DNA of 64,000 nt from Laetmonice hystrix. Taxonomy: Eukaryota. Made by a program: the position numbers and the translations under genes. The stretch spans positions 9,610,001 through 9,674,000 of the forward strand of contig OZ249436.1 of the NCBI GenBank assembly GCA_965235115.1. The letters run 5' to 3'. The notes beneath the pieces were generated by a model that was not told the origin of the DNA, did not search any database, and saw only the letters and a list, made by a program, of their open reading frames with translations. Positions 54,401 to 64,000 of the stretch are shown one piece after another (position 1 is the stretch's first letter; every line of letters begins with the position of its first letter).

Positions 54401-55124
54401 ACCCAACAACAAGCTGACAACATCTCCTCTCAGCTCCCCACATTCTACTTCACCGAAAAAAAATATCAACTAAACTTGTTGAGATCATGCGATTGTTGGG
54501 GTACCAAACTATACAGCAAACATCTCTTTTTATAGAGGGAATAACAGAGAACAAAATGGGTCCAACAAAATGACGCTTACAAAGGTACATTGTGACGGAG
54601 GTACAGGGTAAGTTTCATTAAGTTAGTGGGTAAGAATCAGAAGAACTAATCCCTGATCCGGAGTACTGTGGCCGAAAAGTACAAACATTATTGGCTCGTC
54701 AATTTCGCTACTCCCGTCAAATGTTACTACTCGGTTCGTCGATTTCGATCCTCGGCTCGCAGATTTCGGTACTCGGGTCCAATGTCCCGAGTACCGAATT
54801 TTGCGACCCGTGTAGCAACATTGGACCCGAGTACCCAAATCTGCGAGCCGAGGATCGATATCGATTAACCGAGTAGCAACATCTGACCGGAGTAGCGATA
54901 TTTGTGAATCCTCCAGCCAAGAATGTTTGTACCTTTCGGCCACAGTACTACTGTGACGTTTTGCGGACTCACCTCTCCACAGTGAGGATCATGGTCTGTC
55001 CGTACTGGGTGATGGCGTTAGAAGCCTGTCCGTGCGTCCAGAACCGTGTCTTCTTGTCACCTATCTCCGTCACCTCGTCCCCAGATCGCAGACCGATCCT
55101 TGCCGCAGGACTGCCCGGTGTGAC
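33366..55124 (-). CDS. Gene B: LIM-less PDZ-ZM (Zasp/ALP-family) protein, 5' incomplete, alternatively spliced
   Basis: PDZ exon 55124-54973, then 54137-54017, 44818-44697, one of (43419-43310, 42845-42739, 41281-41172), 39314-39086, 38148-35849, 34009-33799 and 33447-33366. All phases are compatible; 3327 nt with a 110-nt alternative exon. Two ZM motifs, several QSxxF motifs, no LIM. Confidence 0.85.
33799..34009 (-). CDS. Gene B second ZM exon
   Basis: RVKVFMPQQYNTPLGMYSAQNVVETFQSQ; ctgcag acceptor, gtaagg donor; phase 1 to 2. Confidence 0.92.
34921..35055. mobile_element. Short MITE-like foldback element
   Basis: Imperfect terminal inverted repeats tacac..ctagttagtcagatctaatcc / gggttagatctgtctaactag..gtgta around an internal hairpin ttcgctcc-tgactc-gggagcgaa. 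Confidence 0.55.
35849..38148 (-). CDS. Gene B giant 2300-nt exon (Pro/Ser/Thr-rich, bracketed by AM half-motifs)
   Basis: 766 open codons; tttttcacag acceptor, gtaatg donor; phase 2 to 1. Starts SPSGPKPYIASETMRLVKQMDEEE and ends GPVQSRTFNVLSSMVENEP. Confidence 0.9.
39086..39314 (-). CDS. Gene B first ZM exon
   Basis: PRVIANRQFNSPIGLYSHDVTMDTV; taacag acceptor, gtaaga donor; phase 1 to 2. Confidence 0.92.
41172..41281 (-). CDS. Gene B alternative exon c (QSRTFMILQSLMENDG)
   Basis: 110 nt; ttgcag acceptor, gtaggt donor; phase 2 to 1. Confidence 0.82.
42739..42845 (-). CDS. Gene B alternative exon b (QSGTFNILASLLSNEG)
   Basis: 107 nt; gtttcag acceptor, gtaaga donor; phase 2 to 1. Confidence 0.82.
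43310..43419 (-). CDS. Gene B alternative exon a (QSGSFNVVRSFLEHEG)
   Basis: gtaaga donor, phase 1 exit. Acceptor attccag gives 110 nt with phase 2 entry; the alternative acceptor at 43434 gives 125 nt in the same phase. Confidence 0.72.
43500..44005. repeat. 42-bp intronic minisatellite, ~12 copies
   Basis: Unit tctaaatcacttgtattgattgatgtcagtctgacacgtatt; gives a 14-aa periodic ORF SKSLVLIDVSLTRI. Confidence 0.96.
44697..44818 (-). CDS. Gene B exon TYQQPQEFHRATARPFEPP...
   Basis: Strong tctctctctcccccacgcag acceptor, gtaagt donor; phase 0 to 2; the ARPF motif parallels gene A exon 4. Confidence 0.85.
46431..47043 (-). CDS. Gene B 613-nt Pro/Tyr-rich alternative exon with GC donor
   Basis: Open frame GYTVGMELAGGIPVYIP...HHGPQQ; gtgacag acceptor (phase 2); CAG/GCAAGT donor (phase 0) matches the next exon. 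Confidence 0.72.
49539..49618 (-). CDS. Gene B candidate internal first exon (PDZ-less isoform)
   Basis: ATG-initiated MALNETGLAEGRPWHAECTRWIYLSG followed by a perfect GG/gtaagt donor; phase 2 fits the exon at 47043. Confidence 0.45.
51296..51441. mobile_element. Palindromic MITE-like element with (cttaag)n arms
   Basis: ccagttcttaaaaaattaag..cttaagcttaag..cttctgattggctg / cagccaatcagaag..ttaagcttaag..cttaagtttttacgaactgg. Confidence 0.7.
53590..53770. repeat. Three ~61-64-bp tandem copies
   Basis: ccagcgtatcaaatcacgttattgacgaccttgataacatttttccaaacgta at 53591, 53652 and 53716. Confidence 0.9.
54017..54137 (-). CDS. Gene B post-PDZ linker exon
   Basis: PAHGAVPQNPVISSQSPSGQPGRGYDMYDLTGASSHPRNP; gtttcag acceptor, gtgagt donor; phase 2 to 0, like gene A exon 3. 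Confidence 0.78.
54666..54945. mobile_element. Tc1/mariner-type MITE (280-bp foldback, TA target duplication)
   Basis: TA|CTGTGGCCGAAAAGTACAAACATT ... AATGTTTGTACCTTTCGGCCACAG|TA, with extensive internal inverted symmetry. Confidence 0.8.
54973..55124 (-). CDS. Gene B PDZ C-terminal-half exon
   Basis: VTPGSPAARIGLRSGDEVTEIGDKKTRFWTHGQASNAITQYGQTMILTVE; gacag acceptor, gtgagt donor; 152 nt, phase 0 to 2, same length and phase as gene A exon 2. Not shown in the ORF track. Confidence 0.9.
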
Positions 55125-58100
55125 CTGTCACGGCAACAATCGGCAAGAATTACTCAGGCTGACCTAAATGGGAACGTTAGAACAATGACATACCGACGTT
55201 TTTCTCAGTATCTCTGAATCCATGCCGAGGCGTATTATGAATCTGTCCTGGAATGCAGATCATCACCTGCCTGGGAGGGCGTCTTGGTGACTGCAAAACA
55301 TTCAGTGCCATCTCGACATACCTTAGAGGTCCTCTCAAATAATTCTCGTATAAATTTACATATCACTTGTATTTTTATCAACCAAGATTCTTCACCGATT
55401 ACTCGGATACAAGTTACATAACTATACATTCTTCCGTTCTTGATTTTTTAATTTCTTTCCTCCAGATGTAACTCTTCTAACGAACAGACTGAATAACAGA
55501 ATTAAACTTCGTCTATTACCAACGTGACTGACATCCACCGCCACAAAGGCAATCAGTTATTTACTGCCCTATAGAATCTTTCCGGTGCATCTTACATATA
55601 AGTGTCATATACTGCCAATATACCAGGCGGGAGGTGAGAGCTAAGACAGTAAGCCATTCTCCTATATAGCTGAGATGAGACAGCTCTTGCATGCCTCGAG
55701 TTCCTACAGTTGTATCCCCTGAATGGCCGTTATCTGCGGCATGGCGGCGTTTGGTACATCCCACCCCATCCAACGGAATCTTACATTCAACGGGGATTTT
55801 AAAATAATTCCTAATATTTATATCTCCTGAATTATCCACGACCCTGAGATGGTGAGCCATCACGAAAATCACCACACCTATAACCAGAATCTTGGGAAAG
55901 CCCGCTCGTCATAATTAACCCTGGTGTTCGGCTATCAATCATTAGGAACCGTTTACGTCAAGGCATCACCAGCACCAAGTTATAGAGGTACATTTCCTGA
56001 CTCGGAGGTTCCGACGGCCTGGGAATGCTGCTGTTCACCCACATCACACCAAGTGGCCCTTTGACTTTCTGTTTCACCTCCATACACCACATCACCCAGG
56101 CACCTCGAGTCTTCTTACTGAGTGAGTAAACATCTTATACCAGTTCGCATCCCAAGGCCGCATCTGCTGTCCAATCCATCAGTTTTTACACGAGTGCTGC
56201 AGGAAATGATTATAACTAATAAAGGTCAAAATACCAGATCCTTGGTCTGACTTTCATATAGGATACGCCTTATAATATCATGATCAGAACGGATGCATCA
56301 ATTTCTTTAAAACTTAATAAGTGGTTCTAATCTTAGTTGTCACCCAACAAGATTAGATGCGACTGATGTACACCTTATTTATGTCTTTCAGTGAATTCTA
56401 TACCATACATGATGGGGCCTCACTTTATATAGTTGATACACTTTGTATAGTTGATACACTTTGTATAGTTGATACTGGTGGCATATTGAGGACCTCCGCT
56501 CTTATTTTTCTTCCGTGTTCGCTGTGTAACCCCCCCCCCCCCCCTTACGCACTTTCCCCTAATCTGACCTCCGCCCGCCCTTTCTAATATTATGGATCCG
56601 CCCCAGCTTTGCTATAGCCTCAGTTACTGGGCTTGGACCAGTAACCTTGACGTTGTGTGGGGGAGGGGTTATAGGTAGGGGTGTGTGAGGGCCACCGCTG
56701 CCGGCCGGCGTGCTGTGAACCAGTCTGTTTGCCTCCCCCACCCCACCCCCGGGTCATAACCCGCCGGACTGGTACTCGACCACTCTAACTTATCTCGACA
56801 CCCTCCCACCCACACCTACACAACACTTACCCACGGGGTAGGTGTATAACCAAGCACTTACAACACAGGAAACACGACTACCGACGGATACATGTATATC
56901 ATGGCTGGTACTTCCCATGTCTCACGACATGTAACTCAAACATATTACAGCCCCCTCAGTTTTCTTTTCAGCAACTTCCTTTCAAATTGCCATTTGCATG
57001 ATCTGCATTAATTTTGATTGTTTCATACTATGACATACTAATCAATCAATCAAGACTGATGTAAAATAGTATACGTGTAGATGATGCTGGTCGATGATAC
57101 TGACTATAAATTAGAATCCAATACACATGTACTTCACTTTTCTCAATGTTTGAGCGAGCAACCACCCAAAGATAACAGAATAATATCAACGACAACGATC
57201 ATGAAATATTGCATGTCTGTAATGAATCCAGGATAGACACTTAATAAAACGGTAAGAAAGAATGAGAGAAATAAAGGTACATGTATATGCCTATAAGACA
57301 AAGAGGAATATACGTTCCGGAATATCAAATAGGATATCGTATGCTTTAAATGTCTGACCTAAATCTGCCTTGGCATGTCTCTCCTCCTGGCACATGTATT
57401 GGGTAATATGAGGGTAAGTTTTGACAGTCACAGTCCAGCAGTCAGGTGACAACTCATGTCCGGAGTGGACTTCACGACAACCATGTCGTGCGGATGTCAG
57501 CCATGATGACCCATCTTACCAGACGATCACACGAGTGAGCGGTAACCGCAGACTGTGCAACCCCTTCTCTTGGACGTAACTGGTGCATGGCAAGTGTCAT
57601 GTGCACTTTCACGAGTGCCTCAAATACGCCAGCCCTATACAGACAAAAAGTGACGTCTCACTGCGGTATAATGCTACTCTATAAGTGACAGAAGCCAAGC
57701 TGGTATTCATAGGTAGTTATGGAGTTATGAATGTGACGAAGGAAAACGTTCATCAGTTACTCAGGTGCCATATAATGTCAGCGGGCCCACTGAGTGTCCT
57801 TGTAACAAATACACGCCTGCATGCCTCCCAGGGAGTGCTCGCTTATCGCGACACCAATAGGCTTATCTTAATCTGCAAACTATCCATTTCAATGCGGGAT
57901 TAATGAGGGTTTATCCCGAGGGGACATTTCTTTCTGTGTGATGTGACCATGGTTCCGACACGTACATAATGAACGAACACCCGTATGCCCCCAGTATATT
58001 CCCCTCTTTATCTTTATTAAATGAAATGGACTTTACTTGTATGGTGGCATATTTTATTTTAGATTCTATATCTGTATGGGATCCCTCACTCTTACCTCCA

Positions 58101-58991
58101 GGAAGCAGAAGGCCAGACTGAGTTCCCAACTTCCGACTCCATACCAACGCCTAGCCTAGCCCCCTCCATTGCCACGACTGGTGTAACGGATTTATTGCGT
58201 AATCCATCCCCACTGTCCCCTTTTATTTTAAAGAGATTTACGTTGGGAGGTGAGAGTTCATGACGTGCGATGGTTCTCTGTGGGTGTGTAATCTTTGGTT
58301 TGCCCTGTATCCTGAGCAGGATTTCCGAATTGTTTTTTCCTGTGGCATGGAGTATAGAATGATCTATAGTCCACTCGACGCTAACGGTGGCACCCACTGG
58401 GTTCCAGGCATTGTTTTATAACCAACAGCGCCAAGTAGGGGCTGTCTATTAGCACCACATTTATCGACCTCTTCAGTAGTCTGTCCTTTGATATTTAACC
58501 TCCGCAAACAAGGTTACACAGGAGTCCCATTGTCTGTGCTTGTGGTCGGAGGGGTTGAAAGAGATCATATCAGCGTCTCCATGGTTTACAAATTATGTAT
58601 CAGAGGGCAGTTATTCAACTCCATACACACCAAGATCGCCATCCTTGAACGTATTTTTTAAAGGCCACATTGTTTTTTGTTTGTTTTTGTTTTAAACAGC
58701 TCTGTATCGATTATAACGGAGCTTACCCCCCCCCCCATGTATATACAAGGTTGTATATCTATGTCTATTGAAAGTCTTATATCGAAATACATGATTTCTA
58801 TGTGACACCGTGCACATGTATCTGTAGGTTTATGAATAATTAATCAGATTTACGAGAAGGGGCAGCCTGGTCGTGGCTTATCTTACTCAGGCTCCGACCG
58901 CTAGTCCTACATCTGTAACCCCTTCCCTACCCTCATTGGTTTATTGCTCGGGTTTAAATGAGCCCCAGTATACAGGCAATGTCATCAAACC

Positions 58992-59097
58992 AGACAGATG
59001 CTCTCTGAGGTTCCAACAGTCCAGCTCTGACCACACACCGTACTCGGACAGATGCTCTCTGAGGTTCCAACAGTCCAGCTCTGACCACACACCGTAC
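58992..59097. repeat. 54-bp direct duplication
   Basis: agatgctctctgaggttccaacagtccagctctgaccacacaccgtact at 58996 and 59050. Confidence 0.92.
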
Positions 59098-59127
59098 TTT
59101 TGGAGGTAGGTTTCATAAAGTTTGCCT

Positions 59128-60026
59128 TTTTTCAGTTACTTGTTGTAAGGTCAGTAGTTCCCCCCGGGATACCCCGGTTTTTCAGTTACTTGTTGTAAGG
59201 TCAGTGGTTCCCCCAGGATACCCCGCTTTATCAGTTACTTGTTGTAAGGTCAGTAGTTCCCCCCGGGATACCCCAGTTCTTCAGTTACTTGTTGTAAGGT
59301 CATTGGTTCCCCCGGGATACCTCGGTTTTTCAGTTACTTGTTGTAAGGCCAGTGGTCCCCCCGGGATACCTCGGTTTTTCAGTTACTTGTTGTAAGGTCA
59401 GTGGTTCCCCCTGGGATACCCCGGTTTTTCAGTTACTTGTTGTAAGGTCAGTGGTTCCCCCCGGGATACGCCGATTTTTCAGTTACTTGTTGTAAGGTCA
59501 GTGGTTCGCCCCGGGATACCCCGGTTTTTCAGTTACTTGTTGTAAGGTCAGTGGTTCCCCCCGGGATACCCCGGTTTTTCACTACTTGTTGTAAGGTCAG
59601 TGGCTCCCCCCGGGATACCCCGGTTTTTCAGTTACTTGTTGTAAGGTCAGTAGTTCCCCCCGGGATACCCCGGTTTTTCAGTTACTTGTTGTAAGGTCAG
59701 TGGTTCCCCCAGGATACCCCAGTTTTTCAGTTACTTGTTGTAAGGTCAGTGGTTCCCCCCGGGATACCCCGGTTTTTCATTTACTTGTTGTAAGGTCAGT
59801 GGTTCCCCCCGGGATACCCCAGTTTTTCAGTTACTTGTTGTAAGGTCAGTGGTTCCCCCCGGGATACCCCGGTTTTTCATTTACTTGTTGTAAGGTCAGT
59901 GGTTCCCCCCGGGATACCCCGGTTTTTCATTTACTTGTTGTAAGGTCAGTGGTTCCCCCCGGGATACCCCGGTTTTTCATTTACTTGTTGTAAGGTCAGT
60001 GGTTCCCCACAGGATACCCCGGTTTC
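59128..60026. repeat. 49-50-bp minisatellite, ~18 copies, probably amplified from a SINE interior
   Basis: Unit tttttcagttacttgttgtaaggtcagtggttccccccgggataccccggt; the last copy continues ccggtttcctcccgctaaaactga. Confidence 0.95.
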
Positions 60027-61196
60027 CTCCCGCTAAAACTGAACACATGGATCTGACCCTGGCTATGGCGGAACACTAAAACTCCGATCCAAATCCTCAA
60101 TAAGAAAAGTATATCTAGGCTTTAGACGGTGTACTGGCACCCCCTCCCTGCGTAAAGATCGAGAACCAAAAGAGTCTTCATCACATATACAGTATTCATA
60201 GCATCAGCCAGAGTATACTTATCTATTTTTGTCCATCGTTTGGAAACCGTGAAGAAAGGGGGAAATCAAATAGAATGTATTTCATACTATATACGATTAT
60301 TTTAAACCATAGAACCTGTGTTTTGAACTATGTGCAACTATATCTTTGCAAACGTTACTTGTATCGGAAAATTTGGGAAAACGTTGTGCCTATAGGACTA
60401 TACATACGATAAATACTCTACACGCCCACATGACATTGATATACACCAAACACAACATAAAACAGGTGCCAGAGGGTACAACACATACAAGAGCCATCTT
60501 AGAAACAGGCAAGGTAGTAGAAGCAAAAAGCTTTCTGCTTCCCTACTTTCTGGACGTTAGCTTGTAGACACATTTTTTAGTTTTTTTTTGCCAGGCTTTA
60601 TCGCGATTACTGAAAGGCTTACCCTTAATTATAGCGTAATTGTTAACAAGAATCATCTATGTATCCTTATTAGTTAAGTATAAATTAAACCTCGCGACTA
60701 AGAGTTAACAAAATTGCGGAATTTCGTGTCTGTAATTTGATGGGGTGGTAGAGTTTTATGGGATGACCTTTTAACAGTCCTTCAAACCATACAGAAAAGA
60801 ATCTCAACTGTGTCTTCAAACTGCCTGTATGACCTCAAACTTACTGCTCTGTCAGACGCAGATGACAACACATCTCCCTAGGTAGTAGTATATATCACAC
60901 AGAAGGCAACTTTTATGGTGGTCCCTAGACGAACGGCAGATAAAGTTAGGGTCCTGATGGGATGACCCCATTCTTGTTTATTGACGGATCAAAGACACCA
61001 ACGATACGCACAGAATGTAAAAGGCAATTTATTGCCGCCTACATTTTGAATAATCGTATGTGAAGAAAATTACCTTAAATTGAAGTGCTTAAATGAGAGA
61101 TTCTATAACGCATGACTCCAAGAAACACATAAGGTCCTAATACCATTACTTGAAACAGTATTTTACGAAGAGCCCTCAGGAAATAGGAAACATTTT

Positions 61197-62146
61197 CCTC
61201 CTCAGAATAAACACATCTGCGTGCAGCCTTTCAGAGACAGGGGTTCCCTCACACCACACGCCCCAGTGGTTTCTTCACCATAGTATAAATCAGTCTATCC
61301 TAATTTACTGTTACTAGAGAGATAGAAATCTCTACTATTACCACGTGGGCCCAGTGTTTTGTTTACTTTTCCACCCTGAGCAAGGGTGAGCCGAGCTGAG
61401 CAAGGGTGAGCATGAGCTCATGCTCACCGTTTTCGTTTTTTTGTTGTTTTTTTTTTTTTCGTGAGGCGTGCTCACCCTTGCTCAGCTCAGCTCATCCTTG
61501 CTCAGGGTGGAAAAGTAAAGACAGAACCCCGGGCCCAAGACCCAACATCGCCTGCACATCAACTTCAAATTTCATTATATTTACACTGAAACTGGTGTAT
61601 CTGAAATGAAGATTTACTTCTGTTTTGTAGCCACAGGACAGATTTCAATAAACTAACAAGCCATATAGCAAGTTTTATTGACACCTCCTCAGAATAAACA
61701 CATCTGCGTGCAGCCTTTCAGAGACAGGGGTTCCCTCACACCACACGCCCCAGTGGTTTCTTCACCATAGTATAGATCAGTCTATCCTAATTTACTGTTA
61801 CTAAAGAGATAGAAATCCCTACTATTACCACCTGGGCCAGGTGTTTTGTTTACTTTTCCACCCTGAGCAAGGGTGAGCCGAGCTGAGCACGGGTGAGCAT
61901 GAGCTCATGCTCGCCGTTTTCGTTTTTTTGTTGTTGTTTTTTTTTTCGTGAGGCGTGCTCACCCTTGCTCAGCTCAGCTCATCCTTGCTCAGGGTGGAAA
62001 AGAAGAACGAACCCCAGGCCCAACACCCAACATCGCCTGCACATCAACTTCAAATTTCATTATATTTACACTGAAACTGGTGTATCTGAAATGAGGATTT
62101 ACTTCTGTGTTGTAGCCACAGGACAGATTTCAATAAACTAACAAGC
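61197..62146. repeat. ~460-bp tandem duplication (487-bp offset)
   Basis: cctcctcagaataaacacatctgcg at ~61197 and 61684; identical ORFs at 61406 and 61893. Confidence 0.95.
61362..61519. mobile_element. MITE-like hairpin (second copy ~61849-62002)
   Basis: tttacttttccaccctgagcaagggtgagccgagctgagcaagggtgagca / tgctcacccttgctcagctcagctcatccttgctcagggtggaaaagtaaa flanking a T-rich loop. Confidence 0.7.
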
Positions 62147-64000
62147 CCGACAGATGCTAGGTTTGTCCGCGAATAAACTTGAAGGTGCGCCCCTCAGAGA
62201 GGCCATACCTTGGAGGCCAACCACGAAAACCAATGGATCAGGATCTCTGAGGAGAAGCCAATTCTAAACACCATCCGTAATGTACACACGCGTACACGAG
62301 ACCAAGTTTTCTTTCTTGGTGCCAGTGCCTCTTGTACATATTGTCTGGGCCGCCCAGGGCACTGCTTTCCCGCTGTTATAATCTTTAAAGCAGGAATGTT
62401 CTCGACTGAACCCGCTATTAATCACGATTGCCTCTTACGTGAAAACAAGTTTTCATAGACTGCCTCAGCCCTGCAATGCACCATGCATGCAAAGCTAACC
62501 TCCGGAGATCGAAGTGTGACACTGGCATAGAATGTCCCCCAAAAGATAAACCCATCAGCTCTTTCTTTGTATACTTATCAAAGATATACAGGCTCAGCTG
62601 GCCACTCCAGCATTCTAAATATTAAAAAAAGTTTGAAAACGCCGCACAGCCTGAGCGGGGCCAACGAGACTATCCCTCCTTGGTCTGAGTCAGTCTGGTA
62701 TAGCACAACAATTCAAGGTGCAGTAAGGCTGAGTTGATTTTCACTTAAAAACCTTGGAACCGGAACTGTCAACAACACTGCAGGCGTGTAAGCATGAAGA
62801 ATGACTGACATGTCCAACAGCTGTCCCCCAGATTGTCACCTACAAGGCTGTCTAGTTACACCCGCAAATGTATCAAGTCCCTCAGGTAGAATCAAGTAAA
62901 CAAAATAAACCTTCTTATGGCACTCTGTTCACCGACAAAAAATTCTCCACACACATAGAGAGATCTCCTGGCCTCTAATTTGTTTACTCATCTTCTTTTT
63001 TTAGTTAGCTTCACGATACTCAGAGTAAGGCTAAAACCTGATTCCCGCAACATGGTCGGTGAAGATGTTATCTTTTTTGTTGTTTTATTTTTAAATGTGC
63101 TCTGAAGCTCCCGTATACAGAGTAAAGCTTGCATGATAGTTCATCTAAAGTATTGATGGATCAAATCAATGTTGTATGAAACTATGTCTGAGATGAATCT
63201 TTGGCGACAAAATTCTTCAGAAAAAGATAATAACATGAAAAAAAAATCACTCATAAAAATAAAAAATAAAATTCTTTACAGACGGCGGCCTAAGTTTTTC
63301 TACATTAAATTAAACACTAATATAAAAATCCAACCCTCACTGGACCCTTGCTCTTGTGATAAATATTCTCCTACCAAAATACCATGGCGTACTCCTCCAG
63401 AAGAGGACATACCAGAAGTTAGACTATACAGACAAGGCGACAAAAACATGCCCCCTTTCTATCATGACCGATCTTTCCGGGATCGTTTTTTAAGGACAAC
63501 CATGCATGGCACTGATTCATATGACTGAAAGCTTTTGTTGGCTGGCTTCTGCTCTACATACTTCTTAAAATAAGTCAACCATTCGATCCGTTTTGTGAGG
63601 ACGAATGCCGATCACGAGCTGCCGTCCAAAATACCTCAAGTTTTCGGTAGCTAATGAACGTACGCCTTAATTCCTACAATAATATTTGTTCAACAGATTC
63701 CCAACCATTGATAGAGAATTATAATAGAAATTGATTATATTTATACAGGTGAGCAGTGGGGAGTCCTTTTGCCTCTTTCTATTTGGATTTACTAACAGAA
63801 AATCGATTTTCATTTGGGCATAATAGTAAGTAAACTGGTGACAACACGGGTGGGCCAGCTCAGACTTTTCCATCATAACCTGTAGAATTATATTGATACA
63901 ATTCTACTGATACAAGAAATAGAGAAATCATTTCGTCGATCCAAAGTGAGTGCTATACCCTTGATGTTATACCTAATGGAAGATTATTGAGCGTAAAACA

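Noticed and set aside
56119-58169. ATG-plus-donor candidates (56119, ~57520, 58096-58169) as gene B first exons or PDZ exon 1
   Set aside because: None encodes the PWGF..GG.DF signature and such donors occur by chance. 58169-58096 (phase 2) remains possible but unsupported.

Overview
Eukaryotic (invertebrate animal) genomic DNA; no prokaryotic genes, rRNA, tRNA genes or CRISPR arrays were recognised. From 1 to ~7.8 kb is a tandem array of ~848-bp monomers with higher-order structure. Most of the rest (10.2-55.1 kb) holds two head-to-tail, minus-strand, multi-exon paralogues of the ALP/Enigma (PDLIM/Zasp) muscle Z-disc family, reconstructed by hand from splice sites and intron phases. Gene A (29321 to 10174, 12 coding exons, 2136 nt, 711 aa) is PDZ-ZM-AM-ZM-3xLIM, i.e. 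Zasp52/LDB3/Enigma-like. Gene B (at least 55124 to 33366; its first PDZ exon was not found and probably lies beyond the window) is a LIM-less PDZ-ZM protein. Gene B has a three-way frame-enforced mutually exclusive exon cluster, a GC-AG intron, a likely internal first exon, a 2.3-kb exon with repeated PxIxIT-like motifs, and a C-terminus (TSDL) resembling the alpha-actinin ESDL PDZ ligand. Introns contain many 42-64-bp minisatellites, one made from the splice acceptor of the LIM1 exon (9 copies) and one apparently amplified from inside a SINE, plus several MITE-like foldbacks. All coordinates and phases were derived manually; isoform claims and protein-interaction hypotheses need transcript and biochemical confirmation.
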